A stretch of 32,000 nt of DNA, from positions 450,001 through 482,000 of the forward strand of contig NC_009483.1 in assembly GCF_000016745.1 (NCBI RefSeq), written 5' to 3'. This document shows, piece after piece, positions 15,850 to 23,856 of this stretch (within the stretch, counting starts at the first letter, position 1; each line of letters begins with the position of its first letter). The position numbers were made by a program, and so were the translations under genes. The DNA is from Geotalea uraniireducens Rf4 (GTDB lineage Bacteria > Desulfobacterota > Desulfuromonadia > Geobacterales > Geobacteraceae). The notes under the pieces were generated by a model. That model did no database searches and was not told the DNA's origin. It saw only the letters and a program-made list of their open reading frames with translations.

Positions 15850-18800
15850 GTGAAAAATCAAGACGTTGATCCTTCAGGCCTGATGCCGGTTGAAAGAGAT
15901 GCCTGTGCCATTATCTGTTACATAAACAAGGCGGCGCAGCCGACCCACGGCAACCTGCAGCGCACCATCGATGCGCTGGTCAAGATGGGGCACCGGGCGG
16001 GCGAGATCAACGGTGAGGGTGACGGCTGCGGCGTGCTGACCGACATCCCGCGCCTTCTCTGGCGGGAGATACTGGCCGGGACCGAACATCCTCCCGTGCT
16101 TGCCGACGCCCCGGGCTTTGCCGTCGGCCATCTGCTCATTCCGAAAAATGAGCTGGAGACCGACCCTGCGCTCCAGGAGAAAATCATCCGTCGTATCAGC
16201 GACGCCGGCATCCGCCTCCTTGTGGAACGCCCCGGCCCGGTGCGGAGCATGGTCCTTTCGGCCAACGCGCGCCAGGGGGAACCGCTCTTCTGGCAGATAG
16301 CCCTCCTCTGCCCTGAACCGGCCAAGGCACCGGAACTGCTCTTCGATCTCCAGGTGGCCATAGAGGAGGACTTCCCGGTCCATGTGGCCTCCCTTTCCAC
16401 GGACGTGGCCGCCTACAAGGTCCACGGGGCGCCGGAACTCCTCCCCCGCTATTATCCCGAATTGAAACGTCGCGAGTTCCTCTCCAGCATCACCATCGGC
16501 CATAGCCGCTACTCGACCAACACCCTGCCGACGGTTTTGCGCGCCCAGCCCTTTTCCCTTCTCGGCCACAACGGCGAGATCAACACCATCGCCCGCCTCC
16601 GCGAAGAGGCTCGGATGCTGGGCATTGTCCTCCCCTCCGGGGGGAGCGATTCCCAGGACCTCAACCGGACCCTGGAAGGTCTCATGTTCCGCTACGGTCT
16701 CACCCTGTTCGAGGCGATGGAAATGGTCTTTCCCCCCATCTTCAGCGAGATGGAGCGGATGTCTCCGGAACTGCAATCCATGTACGACTGGTTCCGCCGT
16801 TTCCTTACCGCCTCGGCTCAAGGGCCGGCGGCGATCATCGCCCGGCACCGGCGCCAGTGCGTCTTCAGCGTCGACGCCATGGGGCTTCGGCCGCTCTGGT
16901 TCGGCGAGACAGAGAAGGAGCTGTTCGTCTCCTCCGAACTGGGGGTCGTCCCCCACGAGGAAATCCTTGCGGACCCGAAGCCGCTCGCCCCGGGGGAAAA
17001 GATAGGCATCATGGTCGCGGCCGGTAAAAGCGTCCAGGTGCTCGACCACAGCCAGTTGCGCCAGGATATCTACGGTCGGTTTCGCAAGCGGACCAATTTG
17101 ACGGCCCATGCCCGGTCCCTTGCCCGGGGAGATAGCCTGGGAGAGGCTGAACCCTCACGGGAGTGGGGAAAGAGCCGCAAGCTCCTGCTGGAAAATCTCA
17201 TGTCCGCCCTGGCCTGGAAAAGCACCGATGTGCAGAGCCTGAGGGAAATGGCCAGGAGCGGCCAGGACCCGATCGCCTCCCTCGGCTACGACGGGCCGCT
17301 GGCGGCGCTCTCCCTCTCCCGGCAGAACCTCTCCGATTACTTCAAGGAGCAGGTGGCGGTGGTGACCAATCCGGCCATCGACCGCGAGCGGGAGTCGGAA
17401 CACTTCTCCATCCGCGTTTACCTCGGCTCCCGCCCCTCCCTTTCCGGCCCGGTCGCGGCCGGGGTCGAGCTCGCCGTCCCCCTCCTGCCCGGCGGGCGGC
17501 GTGGCGACGGGGTCGGGTCCGATACCGACCTTGCCCGGGAGTTCGGCACCTGTACCATCGAAGCGCTCATGGGGCGCTTCAGGGGGAGGGGGAGCCGCCT
17601 CATCTCCTCTGTCATGCAGAAGGGCGAATCGATCCACGAGGCCCTGCAACGCCTGACGGGTGAAGCGGTGTCCGCGGCGCGGAACGGCGCACGGCTCCTC
17701 ATCCTCGACGACGGCGCAGCCTTCGGCCCGGGAAAGAGCTTTCTCGACCCCTACCTGGTGGTGGCGGTCCTGCACAAGGCGCTCAAGGAGGAAACCGCGG
17801 CAAGCGGCGAGTCACTGCGCCGGCGCGTCTCGCTGGTGGTGCGTTCCGGGGCCTTGCGCAACCTCCACGACCTGATCTTCGCCCTCGGCATGGGGGCCGA
17901 CGCACTCTGCCCCTACCTGATGTGGGAGCTGGCCGAAGCAGAGGGGAATGGCGTCAGAAACCTCCTCTCGGTCCTCGTCAAGGGGCTGGAAAAGGTCATC
18001 TCCACCATGGGGACCCACGAAATAGGGGGGTACGGCAAGTACTTCGCCTCCATCGGCCTCTGCCGGCACCTGGCGGAGATCTTCGAAACCCCCAATTTCT
18101 GCGGCTCCGGCCAGGGGGGATTGACCCTCGTCCGTCTCGAGGAGGAGAACCGCGGCCGGAGCAGCGTGGCGAGGAGTCGGGAAAAACAGCCGGTGCCGGT
18201 CCAGTTCCGCCTCTATCCGCGCATCTGGAAAATGGTGAGCGCCGTGGCGAAGATGGAGGAGACCTATGCCGACCTGTCGCGCCTGATCCGCCAGCTGGAG
18301 GGGGAAAATCCCCTGGCCATCCGCCATCTCATCGACTTCCGCTTCCAGGAAGAACTCACTGTCGACCCGGAAGAGGTGGATACAACGGTCGGCGGACACG
18401 ATCTCCCCATCCTCTTCTCGGCCATGAGCTTCGGTTCCCAGGGGGAGACGCCGTTCCGCATCTATGCCGAGGCTGCCCGCCGTCTCAACATCGTCTGCAT
18501 GAACGGCGAGGGGGGCGAGATTGCCGACATGCTCGGCCGGTACCGGCAGAACCGCGGCCAGCAGATCGCTTCCGGTCGTTTCGGCGTCAACATGGAGTTC
18601 CTCAATTCGGCAAACATCCTTGAGATCAAGGTGGGGCAGGGGGCGAAGCCGGGAGAGGGGGGGCACCTCCCCGGATTCAAGGTGACGGAGAAGATAGCCG
18701 CCGCCCGCCACGCCACACCGGGAGTGAGCCTCATCTCCCCCTCCAACAACCATGACATCTATTCCATCGAAGACCTGGCCCAGATCATCGAGGAGCTCCG

Positions 18801-20373
18801 CACCGCCAATCCCCAGGCGCGCATCTCGGTCAAGGTCCCGGCCGTGGCGGGCATCGCCACCATTGCCCTCGGCATCGCCAAGGCCGGGGCGGACATCATC
18901 ACCATCAGCGGCTATGACGGCGGAACCGGCGCGGCGCGGCGGCACGCCATCAAGTTCGTCGGACTTCCCGCCGAAATCGGCGTAGCCGAGGCGCACCGGG
19001 CGCTGGTTGCGGCCGGCATGCGGCACAAGGTGGAGATCTGGGCGGACGGTGGGGCGCGCACCGGCCGCGACGTGCTGAAGCTCATGCTCCTCGGCGCCAA
19101 CCGGGTCGGCTTTGGCACCATGGCCATGGTCATCATCGGCTGCACCGTTTGCCGCGGCTGTCATCTCGGCACCTGCCATGTGGGGATCGCCTCCCAGATC
19201 GAAACAACAGCGGAGGCCGAAGCAAAGGGGCTCAAGCGCTTCGTGCCGCGGGTGCTGGAAAACGGCGTCATCTACGAAACCACTTTTTTCCGCGGCATGG
19301 CGCGGGAGATCCGCATCCTTACCGCCAAGCTCGGTTTCAAGCGGACCCAGGACCTGGTCGGCCGGGCCGACCTCCTCTTCCAGGACCGCGGCCTTGATCA
19401 GTTGGATCTGACCGACCTGTTGGCGCCCGCCAGGAGCGGCGAAGCGGGCCGGGTGGAGAGCAAGGTGCGCATCATCCGCAAACCGCTCAACTACCTCACC
19501 TCGCTTATCTCCAACCTGGTCAGCGAAGCCTTTGCCGAAGGGGAGGAGCGGGTGCGCTACGATGACAGCGACGCTTCCAGCTCGGACCGGGCCATCGGCA
19601 CCCATCTGGCGGGAGCCATGGTGCGCGGCCTTCAGGATGGGCGGTTGAGTGGCGAGGAAAAGGCGCTGCTCCATTTCCAGCGCGATTCGATTCCCGGCAA
19701 CGGTCTGGCTGCCTTCAATATTCCGCACATCAACATCCGCGTCGAAGGCGGGGCCCAGGACGGGGTAGGGAAGTCGGCCCGCGGCGGCAAAATCGTCATC
19801 CTCAAGGGGGAAAACCGGAACGGCGTGCGGGTGGGTGGTTCTGTGGGGAAGGGGCTCGCCTACGGCGCCCAGGGGGGCTCTTTCATCGTCCAGGGGGATG
19901 CCGACAGCCGCGCCTGCATCCGCCTTTCCGGCGCGGACGTGGTGCTGGGGGGGCGGATACTCACTCCCTTGGACGATTCCTGCGGCAACATGGCGGGACG
20001 CGCCAATCTCAAGGGGTTCGCCTTTGAATACATGACCGCCGGCCGGGTCGTGGTTCTCGGCGATCCCGGTCCCTGGATCTGTTCCGGCATGACCGGCGGA
20101 ACGGTCTACTGCCATCTGGACACCGGGATGGGAATGACCCGCGAAGCCCTGCGCCGCCGCATCGCCAGGGGGGCCGGGGTGGAGATCCGCGACCTGGAAG
20201 AGGAGGACGTCGCAAGCATCGAGGAGCTTCTACTCCCCTATCACCGGGAGCTTCTCCACTCCCACCAGGAAGAGGAGGCAGACCGGGTGGGAAATATCAT
20301 CGCCGCCTGCCGCAACAGGTTCGTCAAGATCGTTCCCGAAAAGGTCGTCCTCTCGCCGAAGAGTACGGAGTAG
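15850..20373 (+). CDS. gltB: glutamate synthase large subunit (GltB-type: class-II amidotransferase, central, FMN and GXGXG domains)
   Basis: 1507 aa with a GTG start. Motifs: GHSRYSTNT, GHNGEINT, KVGQGAKPGEGGHLPG, ISGYDGGTGA, the cysteine cluster CTVCRGCHLGTC, and a C-terminal GGAQDGVGKSARGGKIVI repeat domain. No gltD-like gene is adjacent in this window. Confidence 0.9.
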   Translation: MKNQDVDPSGLMPVERDACAIICYINKAAQPTHGNLQRTIDALVKMGHRAGEINGEGDGCGVLTDIPRLLWREILAGTEHPPVLADAPGFAVGHLLIPKNELETDPALQEKIIRRISDAGIRLLVERPGPVRSMVLSANARQGEPLFWQIALLCPEPAKAPELLFDLQVAIEEDFPVHVASLSTDVAAYKVHGAPELLPRYYPELKRREFLSSITIGHSRYSTNTLPTVLRAQPFSLLGHNGEINTIARLREEARMLGIVLPSGGSDSQDLNRTLEGLMFRYGLTLFEAMEMVFPPIFSEMERMSPELQSMYDWFRRFLTASAQGPAAIIARHRRQCVFSVDAMGLRPLWFGETEKELFVSSELGVVPHEEILADPKPLAPGEKIGIMVAAGKSVQVLDHSQLRQDIYGRFRKRTNLTAHARSLARGDSLGEAEPSREWGKSRKLLLENLMSALAWKSTDVQSLREMARSGQDPIASLGYDGPLAALSLSRQNLSDYFKEQVAVVTNPAIDRERESEHFSIRVYLGSRPSLSGPVAAGVELAVPLLPGGRRGDGVGSDTDLAREFGTCTIEALMGRFRGRGSRLISSVMQKGESIHEALQRLTGEAVSAARNGARLLILDDGAAFGPGKSFLDPYLVVAVLHKALKEETAASGESLRRRVSLVVRSGALRNLHDLIFALGMGADALCPYLMWELAEAEGNGVRNLLSVLVKGLEKVISTMGTHEIGGYGKYFASIGLCRHLAEIFETPNFCGSGQGGLTLVRLEEENRGRSSVARSREKQPVPVQFRLYPRIWKMVSAVAKMEETYADLSRLIRQLEGENPLAIRHLIDFRFQEELTVDPEEVDTTVGGHDLPILFSAMSFGSQGETPFRIYAEAARRLNIVCMNGEGGEIADMLGRYRQNRGQQIASGRFGVNMEFLNSANILEIKVGQGAKPGEGGHLPGFKVTEKIAAARHATPGVSLISPSNNHDIYSIEDLAQIIEELRTANPQARISVKVPAVAGIATIALGIAKAGADIITISGYDGGTGAARRHAIKFVGLPAEIGVAEAHRALVAAGMRHKVEIWADGGARTGRDVLKLMLLGANRVGFGTMAMVIIGCTVCRGCHLGTCHVGIASQIETTAEAEAKGLKRFVPRVLENGVIYETTFFRGMAREIRILTAKLGFKRTQDLVGRADLLFQDRGLDQLDLTDLLAPARSGEAGRVESKVRIIRKPLNYLTSLISNLVSEAFAEGEERVRYDDSDASSSDRAIGTHLAGAMVRGLQDGRLSGEEKALLHFQRDSIPGNGLAAFNIPHINIRVEGGAQDGVGKSARGGKIVILKGENRNGVRVGGSVGKGLAYGAQGGSFIVQGDADSRACIRLSGADVVLGGRILTPLDDSCGNMAGRANLKGFAFEYMTAGRVVVLGDPGPWICSGMTGGTVYCHLDTGMGMTREALRRRIARGAGVEIRDLEEEDVASIEELLLPYHRELLHSHQEEEADRVGNIIAACRNRFVKIVPEKVVLSPKSTE

Positions 20374-20466
20374 AGACAAAGATCAACTTGAAGCGTCGAT
20401 CTTCAGCCAAGCCAGATGATCCCTGGATCGACACCATTGAACCGCCCGCTCCCTTCAGTCGCTCAA

Positions 20467-20558
20467 GACGCAAAGGAGACAAGAAAAGCGCTAAGCCATT
20501 GCAGAGGGTAATACCCTCTTGATTCCGACTTCCTTCGCGTTCTTAGCGTCTTTGCGGT
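20467..20558. repeat. intergenic inverted-repeat element built from CGCAAAG / CGCTAAG modules around the AGAGGGT-AAT-ACCCTCT hairpin
   Basis: GACGCAAAGGAGACAAGAAAAGCGCTAAG ... CTTAGCGTCTTTGCGG, with the central 7-bp hairpin at 20503-20519. The module style is shared with 26134-26204. Confidence 0.35.
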
Positions 20559-20632
20559 TACAAAGGTTTTCGGGTGTTTTGCTGAAGACCGACACTTCAG
20601 GAATTTCAAAGCCAACTGACTTGGAGTATTAC

Positions 20633-21892
20633 ATGTTTATTCTGACCCTCAATTGCAGGAGATTTTCCGTCCAGTACCAGCTGTTCGACTGGGCACAGAA
20701 GAAGGTCCTCGCCCGGGGCGCCGTCGAAAGGGTGATGGTAGGCGATTCCTTCATTACCCATAAGGTGCCGGGGCGTAGCGTCCACCATTTTGAACAGGAA
20801 TGTCCCGATCACCGCGCCGCGGTAGAACTGATCCTGACTACCCTTAGCGACGGCAAGGTCGGGGTGATCGACACCTCCGGCCAAGTCACCGCCATCGGCC
20901 ATCGGGTGGCGCACGGCGGTGAAAAATTCACCAGTTCGATGCTCATCGACGATGAGGTGCTGGCCGCCATCAACGAGATGGTGCAGCTGGCCCCCCTGCA
21001 CAACACGCCGAATATGGCCGGTATCCTGGCCGCCATGGAGATCCTGCCGGATATCCCGCACGTGGCCATCTTCGATACCGCCTTCCACCAGACCATGCCT
21101 CCCGCCGCCTATATCTACCCGCTTCCCTACGAGTGGTACGAAAAATACGGCGTCAGGCGCTACGGCTTTCATGGCCAGTCTCACCTCTACGCCTCGAAAC
21201 GGGCGGCTGACCTATTGGGCAAGCCGGCAGAGCAGTGCAGCCTGATTACCGTCCATACCGGCAACGGGGTCTCGCTCTGTGCCATAAAGAACGGCATCTC
21301 CATCGATACCAGCATGGGGCTCACCCCGCTGGAAGGGGCGATGATGGGGACCCGCTGCGGCGACATAGACCCCGGCATTCCTCCGTTCATGATGCGGGAG
21401 ACGGACATGTCTCCCCATGAGCTCGACATGGTCCTCAACCAGAAAAGCGGCGTAATCGGCATAACCGGTCGCCATACCAGCCGCCGCACCGTTCTGGAAG
21501 AAGCCCGCGTCGGCGATCCCCGCTGCAAGACAGCGCTGGAGCTGGAATCATACCGGTTGAAAAAATACATCGGTTCTTACTGCGCGGTGACAGGGCCGCT
21601 CGATGCCATCGTCTTTGCCTATGGCGAGGGGTGGGCGGACTGGCCGGTGCGGGGGATGGCGCTCCAGGGGATGGAGCACTTCGGCATCAGGCTGGATGCC
21701 GAGAGGGACCGGCTGGCCCTTGCCGGAGGGGGAGAAATGCTGATCAGCAGCGATGATTCTCCGGTCAAGCTCTTTGTCGTCCCCACCGACGAGGAACTGG
21801 TTTTTGTCGAGGATGTGGCCGCCATCCTGGCGGGAGAGAGCAGCGATCCCGCCCGCTTCGATTATTCCTTTGCCCGCTCTGCCGGCGAGTAG
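20633..21892 (+). CDS. ackA: acetate/propionate kinase family protein, divergent paralogue
   Basis: Motifs: GHRVAHGGEKF, LAPLHNTPN, IFDTAFHQTMP, YGFHGQSH, HTGNGVS, MGLTPLEGAMMGTRCGDIDPG and PTDEELVFV. The ATG at 20633 is preceded by GGAG. The N-terminal and adenosine motifs are degenerate (see findings). Confidence 0.85.
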   Translation: MFILTLNCRRFSVQYQLFDWAQKKVLARGAVERVMVGDSFITHKVPGRSVHHFEQECPDHRAAVELILTTLSDGKVGVIDTSGQVTAIGHRVAHGGEKFTSSMLIDDEVLAAINEMVQLAPLHNTPNMAGILAAMEILPDIPHVAIFDTAFHQTMPPAAYIYPLPYEWYEKYGVRRYGFHGQSHLYASKRAADLLGKPAEQCSLITVHTGNGVSLCAIKNGISIDTSMGLTPLEGAMMGTRCGDIDPGIPPFMMRETDMSPHELDMVLNQKSGVIGITGRHTSRRTVLEEARVGDPRCKTALELESYRLKKYIGSYCAVTGPLDAIVFAYGEGWADWPVRGMALQGMEHFGIRLDAERDRLALAGGGEMLISSDDSPVKLFVVPTDEELVFVEDVAAILAGESSDPARFDYSFARSAGE

Positions 21893-21936
21893 TCCTGCCT
21901 TTGAGCCGGCCATAACGCAACTATCAGGAGGTACTC

Positions 21937-22407
21937 ATGTCACTGGAAGGGAAAAAGGCGCCAGCCTTCGATCTGGAAGGAAGCGATGGGAAAAGGCATA
22001 CACTCGCGGAATATGCGGGGAAAACGGTCGTCATCTATTTTTATCCGAAGGACAATACACCGGGGTGCACCAAGGAGGCGTGCGGCTTCCGCGACCTGCA
22101 CAAGACCCTCCTCGACCGGGATGTGACGCTCTTGGGGGTAAGCAGGGACAGCCTGAAGTCCCATGACAAGTTCATCAAGGATTTCGGCCTTCCCTTCGTC
22201 CTCCTTTCCGACCCGGAAACGACCATGATGCAGGCCTATGGCGCATTCGGAGAGAAGGTGCAGTACGGCAAGAAGAGCATGGGGACGATTCGCTCCACGG
22301 TCGTTGTCGGTCCCGACGGCGTTGTCGTCAAGCACTGGTCCCGGGTAGCCAAGGCTGAAGAGCATCCCGCTGCGGTGATGGAATTTCTGCAAAAGATGCA
22401 CGGTTGA
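21937..22407 (+). CDS. bcp: thioredoxin-dependent peroxiredoxin Bcp (PrxQ)
   Basis: KAPAFDL...VVIYFYPKDNTPGCTKEACGFRD. RBS AGGAGG. 156 aa. Confidence 0.9.
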   Translation: MSLEGKKAPAFDLEGSDGKRHTLAEYAGKTVVIYFYPKDNTPGCTKEACGFRDLHKTLLDRDVTLLGVSRDSLKSHDKFIKDFGLPFVLLSDPETTMMQAYGAFGEKVQYGKKSMGTIRSTVVVGPDGVVVKHWSRVAKAEEHPAAVMEFLQKMHG

Positions 22408-22423
22408 GGAAGGGAAAAACCAG

Positions 22424-23251
22424 TTGCATGTTTCCATGAAGTCAGCTCAAGACACCTGGCGTCTCGTCGATACGGGGCCGCTTGACGGCGCCGCCAACAT
22501 GGCCGTTGACGAGGCACTGCTTGCCGGCTTTGTCCCTGAGAAATCTCTGCCGGTCCTCCGTCTCTACGGCTGGCATCCGCCTGCGCTTTCCCTGGGCCGT
22601 TACCAGCAGGCAGCCGAAGTGCTCGATCTGGCGAGCTGCGCCGGTGAGGGGATTCAGGTCGTACGGCGCATTACCGGCGGCGGCGTCATTTACCATGCCG
22701 AAGAGCTGACTTACAGCATTGTCTGTGCTCCAGGGCACATTCCCCAGGCCCGCACGGTCAAGGAATCCTTCGAGCGCCTCTGCGGCTTTATCCTTCTTAC
22801 CTACCGCAAACTGGGGCTCAATGCATCCTTTGCCGTCGAGCATACCCATCCGGCTGTGAAGCTCGGGGGGCGTGCGGACTTCTGCTTTGCCGGCAAGGAA
22901 GAGTACGACATCATCGTCGCCGGCCGCAAAATCGGGGGGAATGCCCAGCGCCGCAGGAAAGGGGTGATCTTTCAACATGGCTCGATCCCTTTGCAACCAT
23001 GTGTTTCGGCAGCGCTCGGGTTTCTTCGGCAAGCGCCGCCGGACCTTGAGCGGAGCACTGCCAGCCTGGCAGAACTGGGCGTGGCGGTGCCTGTCGAACA
23101 TCTGAAGGAACTCGTCGCCGCGTCGTTCAGGGAGTGTTTTAATGTTCTTTTGAGCCCCGATACGCTGACCGGCCGGGAGCAATGCTCCGCAGAAGCGCTT
23201 CGAACCGGCAAATATTGCCGGGACTCGTGGAATGTCTCGGGGGAGGGCTGA
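22424..23251 (+). CDS. lipoate-protein ligase / octanoyltransferase family protein (BPL/LPL catalytic domain only)
   Basis: Motifs NMAVDEALL, LRLYGWHPPALSLGRYQ, VRRITGGGVIYH and GRKIGGNAQRRRKGVIFQHGSI. The start is either the TTG at 22424 or the ATG at 22436. Confidence 0.85.
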   Translation: MHVSMKSAQDTWRLVDTGPLDGAANMAVDEALLAGFVPEKSLPVLRLYGWHPPALSLGRYQQAAEVLDLASCAGEGIQVVRRITGGGVIYHAEELTYSIVCAPGHIPQARTVKESFERLCGFILLTYRKLGLNASFAVEHTHPAVKLGGRADFCFAGKEEYDIIVAGRKIGGNAQRRRKGVIFQHGSIPLQPCVSAALGFLRQAPPDLERSTASLAELGVAVPVEHLKELVAASFRECFNVLLSPDTLTGREQCSAEALRTGKYCRDSWNVSGEG

Positions 23252-23294
23252 TACCCTAGCCCTCTCCTTTAGGCCCGCAATTTGGGTCCACAAG

Positions 23295-23350
23295 GGGCGA
23301 GGGGACTTTAAAGCTCCCCTCCCTTGATGGGAGGGGTTGGGGGAGGGTGG
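23295..23350. repeat. G/C-tract hairpin repeat (CCCCTCCC-TTGAT-GGGAGGGG type) between convergent genes
   Basis: GGGGCGAGGGGACTTTAAAGCTCCCCTCCCTTGATGGGAGGGGTTGGGGGAGGGTGG. Two alternative hairpins are possible. Related copies lie at 28894-29003. Confidence 0.6.
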
Positions 23351-23423
23351 AATGTGCTGGTTTTATGGCTTGGAGAGTCAGTGCAATTTTCTAACGAACA
23401 CTATGCTTTATAAGAAATCAAAG

Positions 23424-23780
23424 CTAGACCGGATGGCAGGAAATGCAGAGGATGTTCTGCTCCAGCCTCAATAGATGGCCGGTGGTCCCTTTGCCGTGGG
23501 GTTCGTGGCAGGTGATGCAGGTTATCCGGTTTTCCCTGTCGAGGGGAAGACCTTTGGGTAGGATGGGGGGGACAACGCCAAGTTTGTGGTCGGTGGCATT
23601 GGCCGGATGACATGCCAGGCAGAGCTCGTTCAACGGCATATCTTTCAGTTTCGCTCCGCGCAGATGGCAGTCATTACAGGCTTTATGCGCTGTTGTGATT
23701 GACTCTGCACTCGCCGGGCTTGCACCGCTTGTCATGCCAACCATCCATAGTGCGGTTAACGCACAAATCATTATTCTCAT
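23424..23780 (-). CDS. periplasmic tetrahaem c-type cytochrome
   Basis: Signal peptide plus four CxxCH motifs: CNDCH, CLACH, CITCH and CISCH. 118 aa. Confidence 0.85.
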   Translation of the reverse strand: MRIMICALTALWMVGMTSGASPASAESITTAHKACNDCHLRGAKLKDMPLNELCLACHPANATDHKLGVVPPILPKGLPLDRENRITCITCHEPHGKGTTGHLLRLEQNILCISCHPV

Positions 23781-23856
23781 CGTAATCCCGCCTCCCGCGG
23801 CTCTTTTAGCCAGCTATCGTTAACGCACTTATCCTGTTTATCACGGGTCGGTATTC

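Noticed and set aside
17812-20115. 767-aa minus-strand ORF, with 15874..17109 and 17155..17775, inside gltB
   Set aside because: These ORFs are antisense to a gene with unmistakable GltB motifs. Their translations are Arg/Gly/Ala/Pro-rich and low in complexity, as expected for shadow frames in GC-rich DNA.
22442-23293. 283-aa minus-strand ORF opposite the lipoate ligase-family gene
   Set aside because: The plus-strand product has clear BPL/LPL motifs, including GRKIGGNAQ. The antisense ORF has none.
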